Positions 42,257-53,223 of a stretch of 64,000 bases of DNA are shown here, piece after piece. Position 1 is the first letter of the stretch, and every line of letters starts with the position of its first letter. The DNA is from an uncultured Planctomycetaceae bacterium (GTDB taxonomy: Bacteria; Planctomycetota; Planctomycetia; Isosphaerales; Isosphaeraceae): contig CAWIAD010000002.1 in the NCBI GenBank assembly GCA_963833985.1, positions 1,504,001 through 1,568,000 on the forward strand. Reading direction: 5' to 3'. Made by a program: the position numbers and the translations under genes. A model generated the notes under the pieces. It was not told the origin of the DNA. It saw only the letters and a program-made list of their open reading frames with translations, and did no database searches.

Positions 42257-42553
42257 CGGCCGAGAGGGGACAGTCTGAAAGGGCGGGGGATCTGCCCAAC
42301 CCATTCCCCCACTGCTTCGGAAGAGGGCCGCAGGCTGCGGCACAAATGGCTAAGGGACCCCAAGGGCTCCTGGTGCAAACGCCACTTGCACGATTTCCAT
42401 TTCGACGGGACTTCAACTTCGTCCGCCAAGCCCCGACTATGCGCCTCGCCGGATTTCTGCCACTACCCGTGGCACATCTTCTGCTGCTTGATAAGTCCGC
42501 CAATAACTGGCACCGCTTCTTCGTCGCTATTCGGCACCATGACGCGTTGCTTT

Positions 42554-42859
42554 TCACAAAGACGAGCCGCCACTGACAGCGGACACATTAGCCGCAGACC
42601 GCCATCCCCGGGCGAGCCGGTAGATGCAGCCCCCGATAGTGACCAGGCCGAGCGTTGCGAAGATCAGGAGCGGATCGGTCCATAGCGGCTCGGCCGTACG
42701 AGGCCCGTGCCTCAGGAGCACCGCGGCGAGCGTCACGTACCAGAGGCCGACAGCGATCCCCGGCCACGCCATCCAGCGAGGGGACCCCGAGAGGCTGAAG
42801 GGCACATCCCTCTGATCGCGAGCAAGCTGCGCAGGATGGATAAAGCTTTGAACGTCCAC
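42554..42859 (-). CDS. Possible membrane protein fragment
   Basis: Two hydrophobic helices (WPGIAVGLWYVTLAAVLL, PLLIFATLGLVTIGG); no clear start. Confidence 0.25.
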   Translation of the reverse strand: MDVQSFIHPAQLARDQRDVPFSLSGSPRWMAWPGIAVGLWYVTLAAVLLRHGPRTAEPLWTDPLLIFATLGLVTIGGCIYRLARGWRSAANVSAVSGGSSL

Positions 42860-43246
42860 GTACTTCGATTTACGAGGATTCGCGGCAACATGCTGGCTGG
42901 CTCGACCTGGTCGGCGGCGCCGGCGAGCCGAACGTAACGCTCACATCCGGCCGCAACGCGTATCGCGACCGTACCAGCCGGAGCGGCAACATCGCGGGCA
43001 AAAACGGGATCAGCGACGCCTACAACCTGACCACCGGCTGGCCACGATCACGACGAGCTGCACGGTCCGGCGGCATGGCGTGCAACCGCGAAGCGCAAAC
43101 CGATCTGAATGCATCTGAGCACAGAGAGAGAAGTCCATAGGGGATCGGATCGAGGAAGACGCTCATTCCAACCTGGATTTGCCTGTGACCTGGGCCAGCG
43201 GACGATCAAGGATCCCGTGGAACTCGTCGTCAACTACTTCTGATTT

Positions 43247-43455
43247 CGTCCATGGTCTTCCCTCCGTGCTCTCTGTGGTCTCTGTGGTTGCATGGTTTTC
43301 TCGATCGGATCAAGGCAGACGCTCATGCTCTCCTCGCTCTGCCTGGACCAGTGGACGAGCAATGATCCTGTTGAACTTCCATCGTCGATCAATTTTACTT
43401 ACGTCCATTGTCTTCTCTCTGTGCTCTCTGTGATCTCCGTGGTTGCATGGTTTTC
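43247..43455 (+). repeat. Two 54-bp direct repeats containing CTCTGTG sub-repeats
   Basis: 43247-43300 and 43402-43455 are 49/54 identical. Confidence 0.85.
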
Positions 43456-43477
43456 CTGACTGCGGTAAAGCGACCGC

Positions 43478-43630
43478 CTCGATCGTGCGCAAGCTCCATT
43501 CCCTGCTCGCACGCTGCCACCAGATGCTCGAGGACATCCCCTCGGTCCTGAACGCCTGCGCCGCGGCGGTGCGGCTCGACCCCGACGACACGGGGCTTCA
43601 TTTCCGCAAGGCGATCCTGCACCGCGTGTT
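43478..43630 (+). pseudogene. TPR fragment, probably from a TPR-containing glycosyltransferase
   Basis: SIVRKLHSLLARCHQML...AVRLDPDDTGLHFRKAILHR has a TPR helical pattern; isolated fragment. Confidence 0.35.
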
Positions 43631-43747
43631 GTGCCGGGCTCTGGACCCCGGGGCGGCGCACGGCGACAATGTGCCCTTGTTCTGGGTTCATCCGCCACCC
43701 CGGGGCTGGGCTAGACTATCCCTCCATCCGGTACAAGAGGATCGTTC

Positions 43748-45529
43748 ATGAATCGACCCGCGTCACGCCGCGCAGCCGCCCTTGCACTCCTGGTTGGCCT
43801 TGTCGGGATCTCCGTGTCTGATGCATGGCCGCAGGCCCGCGCAGGGGATGCCCGCACCGCGAACCACGCGACGCCCCTGGAAATCCATGTCCGTTTCGAG
43901 CCGGGGGTCGAGAAGCGACCGCTCGACGGCCGCGTGCTGGTCATTCTCTCGAAGGACGCCGCGGAGGAGCCCAGGTTCCAGGTGAGCGACAGTCCGAAGA
44001 CGCAGCAGATCTTCGGGACCGATGTCGAGGGGCTCGCGCCGGGCAAGGACGCCGTGATCAGCACCTCGGCGCCCGGGTATCCGATCGAAAGCCTCTCGCA
44101 GGTTCCGCCGGGCAAGTACCGCGTCCAGGCCGTGCTGCACCGCTACGAGACGTTTCACCGGGCCGACGGCCACACCGTGAAATTGCCCATGGACCGCGGC
44201 GAGGGCCAGCAGTGGAACAAGGCGCCCGGCAACCTCTACAGCACGCCCCGCGAGATCGTCTTCGATCCGGCGAAGCCGGCCCCGCTCGAGATCACACTGG
44301 ACAAGGTCATCCCGCCGATCGAGCCCCCCGCCACGACGAGGTACATCAAGCACGAGACGATCCAGAGCGAGCGGCTGACGAAGTTCTGGGGGCGGCCGAT
44401 GCACCTGGGAGCGCACGTTCTCTTGCCCGAAGGCTTTGACACTCATCCCGAGGCCCATTATCCGCTGGTCATCTACCACGGACATTTCCCGGCGACCTTC
44501 TCGGGATTCCGCGAGGAGCCTGCCGATCCCCATCTCAAGCCCGAATACAGTGACCGATTCCACCTGCCGGCCTATAACCGGACCCAGCAAGAATATGCCC
44601 ACAAGTTTTACGAGGAATGGATCGGGCCGAATTACCCGCGCATGGTGATCATCGAGATCCAGCACGCCAACCCCTACTATGATGATTCGTACGCCGTCAA
44701 TTCCGAGAACCTGGGCCCGTACGGCGATGCCATCACCTACGAGCTGATCCCCGCTATCGAGAAGAAGTACCGCTGCCTGGGAGGAGGCTGGGCCCGCTTC
44801 ATGTACGGCGGCTCGACGGGCGGCTGGGAGGCGCTCGCGGCCCAGGTGTTTTATCCCAGCGAGTACAACGGCTGCTGGGCCGCCTGCCCCGACCCGATTG
44901 ATTTCCGGGCCTACACCGTGGTCAACCTCTACGAGGACAAGAACGCGTATCATCTCGACGGCCCCTGGCGCAAGATCAAGCGGCCCGGGATGCGGAACTA
45001 CCTGGGCCACATCAGCACGATGCTCGAGGACGCCAACCGTCTCGAGCTGGTGCTCGGCACGAAAAGCCGCTCCGGGCAGCAGTGGGATATCTGGGAAGCC
45101 GTTTACTCACCGGTCGGACCGGACGGCTATCCCCGCAGGATCTGGGACAAGCGCACGGGTGAGATTGACCGCAAGGTGGCGGACCACTGGCGCGAGCTTT
45201 ACGATCTGCACCACATCCTCAAGCGCGACTGGCCGAAGATCGGCAAGCAGCTCGAAGGGAAGATCAATATCTACGTGGGCGATATGGATAACTATTACCT
45301 CAACAACGCCGTGTACCTGATGGAGGACTTCCTCAAGAAGACCAGGGAGCCCTACTTCGGAGGCGAGGTGAAGTACGGCGACCGTGCCGAGCACTGCTGG
45401 AATGGAGACCCGACTCAGCCCAACGCCATCTCCCGGCTGCGTTACCATCAGATGTATGCCCCAAGGATCGTCGAGCGGCTGCTGAAGACGGCGCCGGCGG
45501 GTGCGGACCTGACGAGCTGGCGGTACTGA
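43748..45529 (+). CDS. Secreted putative esterase (alpha/beta hydrolase fold)
   Basis: Signal peptide; HVLLPEGF, SENLGPYGDAITYELIPAIE, GGSTGG nucleophile elbow. Confidence 0.85.
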   Translation: MNRPASRRAAALALLVGLVGISVSDAWPQARAGDARTANHATPLEIHVRFEPGVEKRPLDGRVLVILSKDAAEEPRFQVSDSPKTQQIFGTDVEGLAPGKDAVISTSAPGYPIESLSQVPPGKYRVQAVLHRYETFHRADGHTVKLPMDRGEGQQWNKAPGNLYSTPREIVFDPAKPAPLEITLDKVIPPIEPPATTRYIKHETIQSERLTKFWGRPMHLGAHVLLPEGFDTHPEAHYPLVIYHGHFPATFSGFREEPADPHLKPEYSDRFHLPAYNRTQQEYAHKFYEEWIGPNYPRMVIIEIQHANPYYDDSYAVNSENLGPYGDAITYELIPAIEKKYRCLGGGWARFMYGGSTGGWEALAAQVFYPSEYNGCWAACPDPIDFRAYTVVNLYEDKNAYHLDGPWRKIKRPGMRNYLGHISTMLEDANRLELVLGTKSRSGQQWDIWEAVYSPVGPDGYPRRIWDKRTGEIDRKVADHWRELYDLHHILKRDWPKIGKQLEGKINIYVGDMDNYYLNNAVYLMEDFLKKTREPYFGGEVKYGDRAEHCWNGDPTQPNAISRLRYHQMYAPRIVERLLKTAPAGADLTSWRY

Positions 45530-45621
45530 AATGGGCCGTGAGCAGACGGCGGTGGGTGGGCGGTGGGCGCTCGATTCCTTCAGGTTCCAGAGGGGTTCTC
45601 GCGAGCAGGGGAGGAACAGGC

Positions 45622-47031
45622 ATGAGATGGGCAATCGCGTTGCTGCTGGGGATTTCCTGCGTGGTGTTCCCCCGCGCCGGGCAGGCCGGCCAGCCGGACA
45701 CGGCACAGGTCGCGGTGGGTACGGCGGTGGTGGACGTCACGCCCGCGTATCCCATCCGGCTCATGGGGTATGGCAGCCGCAAGACGGAATCCGAAGGGGT
45801 CGCCAGCAGGCTGAAGGTTCGGGCCATTGCCATCGGCGACGGCAAGGGCGAGGGTGCGAGCGCAGCGCCCGCGGTGCTCATCGCGGTCGATAACTGTGCC
45901 GTGAATTCCCGGATCACCGACGAGGTGGCCAGGCGGCTCAGCGCCAGGGCGGGCATCCGCCGCGAGCGCCTGGCTCTCTGCGCCACGCATACGCACTGTG
46001 GTCCGGCGCTCTCCAGCGGCCTGGACTTCATCTTTGGTGTTTCCATTCCGGCGGACCAGAAAGCGCGGATTGATCGATACACCAGCGAGCTCATCGACGG
46101 CATGGAGCAGGCGGCCCTCCAGGCGCTTGCCACGCGGGCGCCGGGCCGGCTCTCATGGGGGCAGGGCACGGTCGATTTCGCGGCGAACCGGCGCGTGCTC
46201 AGGAAAGGCAAGTGGGTCGGCTTCGGCGTGAACCCGAGCGGGCCGACCGACCACTCGCTCCAGGTGCTGAAGGTGGCCGACCCGTGCGGCAAGGTGCGTG
46301 CCGTGGTGATGAACTACGCCTGCCACTGCACGACGCTCGGCGGCGAGTTCAACCAGATCTGTGCCGAGTGGGCCGGTTACGCGTGCGACCACATCGAGCA
46401 GCAGTATCCCGGGTCCACGGCGCTGATGATCATCGGCTGCGGGGCCGACGCCAATCCCGAGCCGAGGCGCAACCTCGACGACGCCAGGAACCACGCGGCC
46501 GCCCTGGCGCACGAAGCCGGCCGGCTGCTCGCAACTTCGCTCACTCCGCTTCCCGGCGCCATCGTCGCACAGTTCCGGCACATTGAATTACCGCTGGCGC
46601 CGCGGCCCGACCGTCATACGCTGGAGTCGCGTGCGAAGCTCCCGGGTTCCGATGGGATGCTCGCCCGCGCCCTGCTGGAGCGGCTCGACCGTGGCGAGAC
46701 GCTCCCCTCGTCGGTTCCCTATCCGGTGCAGACCTGGTGCTTCGGAGACGACCTGGCGATGGTCTTCCTGGGCGGCGAGGTGGTGGTCGACTATGCTCTG
46801 CGGCTGAAGTGGGAGACTGACGCACAGCGGCTCTGGGTCTCGGCCTACAGTAACGACGTTCCCTGCTACATCGCCTCGAAGCGGGTGCTCGTGGAGGGAG
46901 GCTACGAGGCCGACCAGTCGATGGTCTTTTACGGACGCCCGGCGCGGCTCGCTCCGGAGGCCGAAGACCTGATCGTCGAGACGGTGCATCAATTGCTTCC
47001 CGAGACGTTCGATAGTCCGCGCAAGCGGTGA
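45622..47031 (+). CDS. Secreted neutral/alkaline ceramidase-like amidohydrolase
   Basis: DVTPAYPIRLMGY, ATHTHCGP, NYACHCT, GCGADANP, GGYE. Confidence 0.8.
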   Translation: MRWAIALLLGISCVVFPRAGQAGQPDTAQVAVGTAVVDVTPAYPIRLMGYGSRKTESEGVASRLKVRAIAIGDGKGEGASAAPAVLIAVDNCAVNSRITDEVARRLSARAGIRRERLALCATHTHCGPALSSGLDFIFGVSIPADQKARIDRYTSELIDGMEQAALQALATRAPGRLSWGQGTVDFAANRRVLRKGKWVGFGVNPSGPTDHSLQVLKVADPCGKVRAVVMNYACHCTTLGGEFNQICAEWAGYACDHIEQQYPGSTALMIIGCGADANPEPRRNLDDARNHAAALAHEAGRLLATSLTPLPGAIVAQFRHIELPLAPRPDRHTLESRAKLPGSDGMLARALLERLDRGETLPSSVPYPVQTWCFGDDLAMVFLGGEVVVDYALRLKWETDAQRLWVSAYSNDVPCYIASKRVLVEGGYEADQSMVFYGRPARLAPEAEDLIVETVHQLLPETFDSPRKR

Positions 47032-47114
47032 GCGGCAACTGGCGACGGCAACCGCAACCCTCATCCCTCGCCAAGGTGAGCGGCAACCATCATCCCACTG
47101 GAGGCTGTGCCTGT

Positions 47115-47942
47115 ATGTTCGCCCATGAGCTGCGCGTGGCGGAAGAGGCTGCGCGTGCCGGAGGGGCGGTTGCCGCCCGGTTCTTCCGGACCGGCGCAGC
47201 GGTCTTCTCCAAGGAATCCGCGACGGGCAAGGCGTCGAGCTACAACCTCGTCTCCGAGGCTGACCTCGAATCCGAGCGGGTGATCGTCGCGGTGATCCGC
47301 AGGGAGTTTCCCGATCACGCCGTTCTGGGCGAGGAGCTGCACGGCGGCGACCGCGCTTCCAGTGCGCTGCTGGCCAGCGAGCACCTCTGGATTGTGGATC
47401 CGATCGACGGCACCAGCAACTTCGTGCACGGAGTGCCGCACTTCGGGGTCTCGGTGGCTTACTACCATCAGGGCCAGCCAGCCTGCGGCGTGATGGGCAA
47501 CCCGGTGCGCAACGATTGGTTCACCGCGGCGCACGGTCAGGGCGCCATGCACAACGGCCATCTTGTGCAGGTCGCACCGGCCGAGCGGCTCGACGAGGTC
47601 CTCATCGCCTTTGGTTACTACTACGACCGCGGCGCGATGATGGAAGCCACGCTGGCCGCGGTGAGCGACTTGCTGCACAGGAACATTCACGGCGTTCGCC
47701 GCATGGGCGCGGCCACGCTCGACCTGGCGTACGTGGGGCTGGGATCCTTCGGTGCCTTCTTCGAGTACGAGCTTGCCCCCTGGGACTTCGCGGCCGGCCG
47801 CCTCTTCGTCGAGGAGGCGGGCGGCAAGGTGACGGATGGCCGCGGTGAGCCGCTACCCGTGGCGCGCACCAGCCTCATCGCCAGCAACGGGTTGCTGCAC
47901 CCGGCCGTGCTGGAGATCGTGGCCGCGCATCATCCGGGGTGA
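47115..47942 (+). CDS. Inositol monophosphatase family protein (SuhB-like)
   Basis: LVSEAD, LGEE, WIVDPIDGTSNFVHG, RRMGAA, PWDFAAG. Confidence 0.9.
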   Translation: MFAHELRVAEEAARAGGAVAARFFRTGAAVFSKESATGKASSYNLVSEADLESERVIVAVIRREFPDHAVLGEELHGGDRASSALLASEHLWIVDPIDGTSNFVHGVPHFGVSVAYYHQGQPACGVMGNPVRNDWFTAAHGQGAMHNGHLVQVAPAERLDEVLIAFGYYYDRGAMMEATLAAVSDLLHRNIHGVRRMGAATLDLAYVGLGSFGAFFEYELAPWDFAAGRLFVEEAGGKVTDGRGEPLPVARTSLIASNGLLHPAVLEIVAAHHPG

Positions 47943-47976
47943 GCCGGCCGAGCCAGGTGAGGAAGCGCGGGTACTC

Positions 47977-49134
47977 TCATGCGGCCCATTTCCCCTTGGT
48001 TCGGATGGCCTTCTCCACGCTTTCCCGGTACGGCTCCGGGACCCAGCAAAAGAGCCGCTCGGCAGCAGCACGGGCGGTGCGAGCTTGCTTTCCGAGAGTG
48101 CTCCGGATCATCAACGTCCCGGGCTGGTAGCGCGACCAGCGGCAGTTGTCGATCTCATCCCAGATGAGCAGACCGGGGTACGGTTGCCAGCTCGTCCCGA
48201 ACCAGCGGGGTGCATTGCGTTGGCAGGAGTTCCGGATTCCTTCCTCGGTGACCGCGAAGGCGGGTAGCTTGAGCGAGAGCAGGATCGACCAGGTTGCAGC
48301 CACTCCGAACACCCCGCACACGACGGCGTTGATCCAGCTCGCGGTGGCTGCGACTCGTCCGGGATCATGGCCGGTCCGGGTCATGGAAGCCGAGATGACA
48401 ATTCCCACGTTCGCGAACAGGAGAAGCTCCCCCACGATCCTGACGGCGATCTGGCGTCTGGTGAGTGGAATCTCGACCGGAGAGAACGGTCCCTGATCGG
48501 GCTTGTAGCGGGTCACGGTTGATTCCAGTATCACCTGGTCAACCTGTCTGGCGGCCTGCACATCATCTGGCTCCAGATCGTCATCGAGCCATTTACCCAG
48601 GGCGCGGATGGTCTTCTCGACGCGTGCGCGGTAGAGCTCGGGAACGCGATGGAAAAGCCTTTGCGGAGGAGCAGAGACGCCCGTCCCGATCGGCTCGGGT
48701 ACGACCTGGATGTTCAGAATTCCCGGCTGGTAATGCGACCAGTGGCAGTAGATCACCTCGGGCCAGTCGTAAATGCGCGGTAGGTTGCCGTCGCGGATCT
48801 GGAGACCTTCCTTGCTGATGGCAAGGTCGGGGATGCCATTCACGTTGCGTTGCAACTGCATCCAGAGGGCGACCACCGCAACGAAGAGCAGGACGCCAAG
48901 CCAGAGCGGAGCGTACAGCCCGGCCGCGGGCACCAGCATCTCCACGTGCAGCAAGGCCCACACGAGAAAGCCGGCCAGGACGGCCAGGACAATCGTCTTC
49001 AATCCGTTCAATGCCTTGAGCTCGACTGGAACGGGAACTTCCACCATGGATCCCAACGTACCGCCGAGCTCGTCGAACGCCGATGCCTTGCGACCCATGG
49101 TGCGTTTCTCCGATGCGGTCCGAGCGGGCGTCAT
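47977..49134 (-). CDS. Hypothetical membrane protein built from two tandem copies of a 2TM+soluble module
   Basis: WxE...CxWSxYQPGxLxI...RLFxxVPExYRxxVEKxIRxxGKW occurs twice. Confidence 0.7.
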   Translation of the reverse strand: MTPARTASEKRTMGRKASAFDELGGTLGSMVEVPVPVELKALNGLKTIVLAVLAGFLVWALLHVEMLVPAAGLYAPLWLGVLLFVAVVALWMQLQRNVNGIPDLAISKEGLQIRDGNLPRIYDWPEVIYCHWSHYQPGILNIQVVPEPIGTGVSAPPQRLFHRVPELYRARVEKTIRALGKWLDDDLEPDDVQAARQVDQVILESTVTRYKPDQGPFSPVEIPLTRRQIAVRIVGELLLFANVGIVISASMTRTGHDPGRVAATASWINAVVCGVFGVAATWSILLSLKLPAFAVTEEGIRNSCQRNAPRWFGTSWQPYPGLLIWDEIDNCRWSRYQPGTLMIRSTLGKQARTARAAAERLFCWVPEPYRESVEKAIRTKGKWAA

Positions 49135-49769
49135 ACCGACCTGGTGTTTTGTGCCAGGCGTTGCCGGCTCACGGCGTCGTCAGCCTGAGCGGGGTCGACA
49201 GGATGCGGAACGGGCCATCCAGCCGAGCAGGAAGATCATCAAAAAGCGAAGGTCGAGAAACACGTGGCTCCGCCTCTCGCGACGATGTCGGTGCGATGTG
49301 CTGACGGCAAGCCGGCACGGGCCCGGCGCCGTTCGTGTGTCCACTGAGAAGACAATGGCCGAGAGCTCTTAACCTGTGCCAGTGGCGCTTCGGGACCACG
49401 GTCGAGACGCGATCTGGGTGCAACCACTCTCTCAGAAGCTATCCACCTGTCCTGACTGGCTGCAAGAGAATCCTCAGGCGTTCATCGGATCTCCACATTT
49501 CCGTACCCGGCAGGCTGCCTGCGGCAACGACCCGGCCGCTCCGGTGGAATCGGCTCGGTTCGAGAAAATGCATCAAGTTGACGGATTGCAAGGACGATAA
49601 GAGTTGTACGGGTCATGTCGGTCGCGTTCTGTCTACAGGGAGACCTCCGGCGGGCGTGCCTGGCAACGGCCAGCGCGCGGACCTCGTGGGCCGCTCGGGT
49701 TGGGAGGGTCGCCGCGGGAGCTCCCAGTTGATCCCTTTTCAAGTGATCCGCCTCCGCGGCATCCGGACG

Positions 49770-51311
49770 GTGAAACAGGGGCCAACCCTCCCTGGCATCC
49801 CGGCGGCCTCGGCCTTGAGGAAAACAACGGCGTGCCCCCGGCTCAAGGTGCTCTGGTTCAGTCTGCTGGTCCTTGGGCTTTCGGGTTGTGCGACGACGAC
49901 GACCATCCGCCACGACGGCCTGAACCCGGGCGCCGCGGACACGGCCCACGTGGTTCGGCTTCAGAACCCCGGCAGCGAAGGGAGCCAGGCGGCCGGCTCC
50001 CTGCCCGTGACGGCCCTGCCTCCGCCACTTCCCGATCCCATCCCGCCGGCGATCTCTCCAGGAGGTCAACCCGCGCCGCTCACTCCTGGACCACCGGCAC
50101 CGGCACCGTCAACGGTACCTGCCGATGCAGCCTCGGCGGGAGCTCCCGTCCCGGTTGGCGTACCTGCGGCCGACGAGTTTCGCGGCCTCAGCTCGATTGC
50201 ACGGAACCGGCTGGCCAATCGTGTGCCAGCGGCTGCTCCGGCGGCGTCGAATGCGGCGCCGAGTTCCAGTCCAACGGCTGGCCCCGGTACCCGAGAGCCT
50301 TCATCGGGCACCGGCAGCCCGATTCTCCGCAACCGGCTACGCGCGTTCCTTGGTGACGAGGAGATCCCCCAGTTCACATATCCGGACATCCACACCGAGC
50401 CCGCCAGGCTCTATCACGAACGTTTCGGACTCGAGGAGGAGCACGACGCGTTCCTTTTCCCCTGGCTGATGACCCTCATCTTCGAGGACCGCTGGCTGCT
50501 CGCGGAGCGTAACCCGGACGAGGCGCTCAAGAACCAGCTACGGCGCCGGCTCAAGATCGACATCCGCGACCCTGACCCGGACACGGCGAACTTTCCGAAC
50601 GGTGCCTACACGCTCCCGAAGGGCCGGATGTACATTGAAAACTCTCCGCTGGGCCTTTACAGCGGTAGCCGCAACGGCAGCCAGCCCCAGACCTACCAGT
50701 GGGGATACCTGCTGCGCTATGGACTGACGGACAACCTGGAGTTCCGGCTCTTCTCCAACGGCCTCACGTACCAGGCCGGCCCGGGTACACACCATTCCGT
50801 TACCGGCTACTCGCCGCTTGCGTTCGACTTCAAGGCGAATTTCTGGGAAGAGAACACGCGTTATCACATCCCCGCCATGGGCATCGAGGTGTATATCCAG
50901 ACGACCTTCGGCTCACCGGCGTTGAACAATGGCACCCAGCCGTCCCTGAACCTCCTTTTCGACCAGAGCCTGCCCTTCGAGATCGGCTTTGAGTACAACT
51001 TCGGCATCACCGGAGTTCAGAATAACGCGGGGCAGATCGTCTACCAGTTCAGCTACCAGTGGTCGTTCCAGCGCCAGGTCGTGAAGGACTTCGACATCTT
51101 CTTTCAAGGTTTCTACAATGCGGCTGCCCTGCCGAGCCTGCTCCAGTTTCGGAGCCCGGCGAACACCGGTATACCCAACGTCACGGCGCTGGGGCTAGGA
51201 GCCATCTGGACGGTGAATGACCGGCTGGCGATCTTCGGCAGCTACAACTTTGGTGTGACGCCCGCTTCCCCCAAAACGATTGCTCTCCTGGGATTCGCGG
51301 TCGGCTTCTGA
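49770..51311 (+). CDS. Outer-membrane transporter-like lipoprotein (MetA-pathway/phenol_MetA_deg-like barrel) with Pro/Ala-rich N-terminus
   Basis: Lipobox LSGC; DTANFPNGAYTLPKG, LLRYGLTDNLEFRL, amphipathic strands, C-terminal Phe. Start uncertain. Confidence 0.7.
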   Translation: MKQGPTLPGIPAASALRKTTACPRLKVLWFSLLVLGLSGCATTTTIRHDGLNPGAADTAHVVRLQNPGSEGSQAAGSLPVTALPPPLPDPIPPAISPGGQPAPLTPGPPAPAPSTVPADAASAGAPVPVGVPAADEFRGLSSIARNRLANRVPAAAPAASNAAPSSSPTAGPGTREPSSGTGSPILRNRLRAFLGDEEIPQFTYPDIHTEPARLYHERFGLEEEHDAFLFPWLMTLIFEDRWLLAERNPDEALKNQLRRRLKIDIRDPDPDTANFPNGAYTLPKGRMYIENSPLGLYSGSRNGSQPQTYQWGYLLRYGLTDNLEFRLFSNGLTYQAGPGTHHSVTGYSPLAFDFKANFWEENTRYHIPAMGIEVYIQTTFGSPALNNGTQPSLNLLFDQSLPFEIGFEYNFGITGVQNNAGQIVYQFSYQWSFQRQVVKDFDIFFQGFYNAAALPSLLQFRSPANTGIPNVTALGLGAIWTVNDRLAIFGSYNFGVTPASPKTIALLGFAVGF

Positions 51312-51524
51312 TCGGGCGTGGACTGACTCCTGAGGTTGGCGCCGGCGGCGAAGCACGCGGTCCGGGAGCCGCACGCTTGAGGACGCGACGTGCGCGGTCT
51401 AGAATCAGGGTCGAGGACGTTCGCTGTACGATCGTCCGCATGCCGCCTGAGCTCCTTGGCACGAACCCCGCCTCATCGAGCTCACCCGAGCCCGGCAGCC
51501 TCTCCTCCGTTGCAGGAGCACACC

Positions 51525-52370
51525 ATGATCGAGCTGGGTATGCACACCGACAACTGGCGCACACTCTGCGGCAACTTCCGCACGGCCGTCGAATCGGCGG
51601 TGAAGTACCGCCTGCCGTACATCGAGTTCGGCGTGATCCACGGGCAGTACTTCGTCCATGGGCTGGGTTACGACCCCGCGGTCTCGCTGCAATCCAATCC
51701 CCGCGCGTTGAAGCGATCGCTCGACCAGTACGGACTGAAGGTTTCGCAGATCGATGCGGCCTACCCGCTCATGGGTCCCGATGGTTCAAGCATCGGCGTG
51801 CCGTACGTGCAGCAGGCGATCCGTTTTGCCGCCGAGATTGGCTGCCCATACGTGGATACCACCGACGGTGCCGCGAAGACCGAGGGCAGCACGGACGATG
51901 AGGTCTTCCGAATCACCTGCGACAACTACCGGCAATGCCTCGCCTGGGCGCAGGACTACGGCGTCGGCATCAATATCGAGACTCATGGTCCCTATACCAC
52001 CAACGGAGACTTCCTGGAGCGGCTATTCCGCCATTTCGACTCGCCGCTCCTGCGATTCAACTTCGACACGGGGAACACCTACATCTCCGGCAACGACCCG
52101 CTGGAATACCTCGAGCGGTTCTATCCGTACCTGGCCCACTGTCACATCAAGGATGTGGCGCCCGAGCTTGCCAGCTCGTCGCGCGGCGAGGAGACGGGCA
52201 TCGCCACCAGCGAGGTGGCCCTGGGGCAGGGCGTGAACGCCGAGAACATTCAAAAATGCGTCAACTTCCTGAAGAGGTCGGGCTGGCGCGGCGTGCTCTC
52301 CATCGAGTGCTCCGGTCAGGACCGGAACATCCGCCAGAGCGTTGCGTTCCTGCGCGAGCTGCTCGGCTGA
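51525..52370 (+). CDS. Sugar phosphate isomerase/epimerase (xylose-isomerase-like TIM barrel)
   Basis: NIETHG, FNFDTGN, HCHIKD, LSIEC. Confidence 0.88.
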   Translation: MIELGMHTDNWRTLCGNFRTAVESAVKYRLPYIEFGVIHGQYFVHGLGYDPAVSLQSNPRALKRSLDQYGLKVSQIDAAYPLMGPDGSSIGVPYVQQAIRFAAEIGCPYVDTTDGAAKTEGSTDDEVFRITCDNYRQCLAWAQDYGVGINIETHGPYTTNGDFLERLFRHFDSPLLRFNFDTGNTYISGNDPLEYLERFYPYLAHCHIKDVAPELASSSRGEETGIATSEVALGQGVNAENIQKCVNFLKRSGWRGVLSIECSGQDRNIRQSVAFLRELLG

Positions 52371-52439
52371 AGCTCACGCGCGCGGCCGTGATACACCCTT
52401 TGTGCCCTGCTCCTGGATGCTCTTGAAAGGAGTGCCGAC

Positions 52440-53171
52440 ATGTCCACACACCTCTGCTTGCTGCTTGCCGCGCTGTACTTCACCCCCGCGGCACAGGGCC
52501 TGGCGTTGCAGCCGCCTCCCGTGCGCGTGCTGCTGGTGACGGGCGTGGACCATCCGGCCCACCACTGGAAGGAAACCGCGCCGGCGCTCAAACGGCTGCT
52601 CGAAGCGGATGGACGATGCAGCGTCCGGATCGTCGAGGATCCCGAGGTCCTGGCCACGGATGCGGTGTTCGACTGTGACGTCGTGCTGCTGCACTTTCGC
52701 AATGAGACGCCCCTGCGGAATGAGGCGCAGGCGCGCGCGAACCTCCAGCGGTTGCTGAAGGAAGGCCGCGGCCTCGTCCTCGTTCACTTCGCCTGCGGTG
52801 CCTTCGGCGACTGGCCGTGGTTCGGCGAGGTCGCGGGAATGGTCTGGGACGGCAAGAACATGCACGACCCGCGCGGGCCGTTCGACGTTCGCATTGTCGA
52901 CTCGCGACATCCCATCACCGCCGGCCTGGCAGATTTCCACACGGACGACGAGCTCTACATTGGATTGGACCAGAAGCGGCCGGTGGAGGTTCTGGCGGTG
53001 GCCAGGTCCAGGGTGACTGGACGCGAACACCCGATGGCCTTCACGCTGGAGGTGGGCCAGGGCCGGGTCTTCCACACTCCGCTGGGCCACGACGTCAAGG
53101 CACTGGAGATGCCGGGCGTTGCCGAGTTGATCCGCAGGGGCTGCCGCTGGGCGGCGGGCCGCACGCCCTGA
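52440..53171 (+). CDS. Secreted ThuA-like domain protein
   Basis: VLLVTG...HHWKET, GLVLVH, HPITAGL...DELY, GRVFHTPLGH. Confidence 0.85.
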   Translation: MSTHLCLLLAALYFTPAAQGLALQPPPVRVLLVTGVDHPAHHWKETAPALKRLLEADGRCSVRIVEDPEVLATDAVFDCDVVLLHFRNETPLRNEAQARANLQRLLKEGRGLVLVHFACGAFGDWPWFGEVAGMVWDGKNMHDPRGPFDVRIVDSRHPITAGLADFHTDDELYIGLDQKRPVEVLAVARSRVTGREHPMAFTLEVGQGRVFHTPLGHDVKALEMPGVAELIRRGCRWAAGRTP

Positions 53172-53223
53172 GCCCGGTCAGGATGGATCGGACATAAAAA
53201 TACTCTTTTGTCGAGGAACGGCC

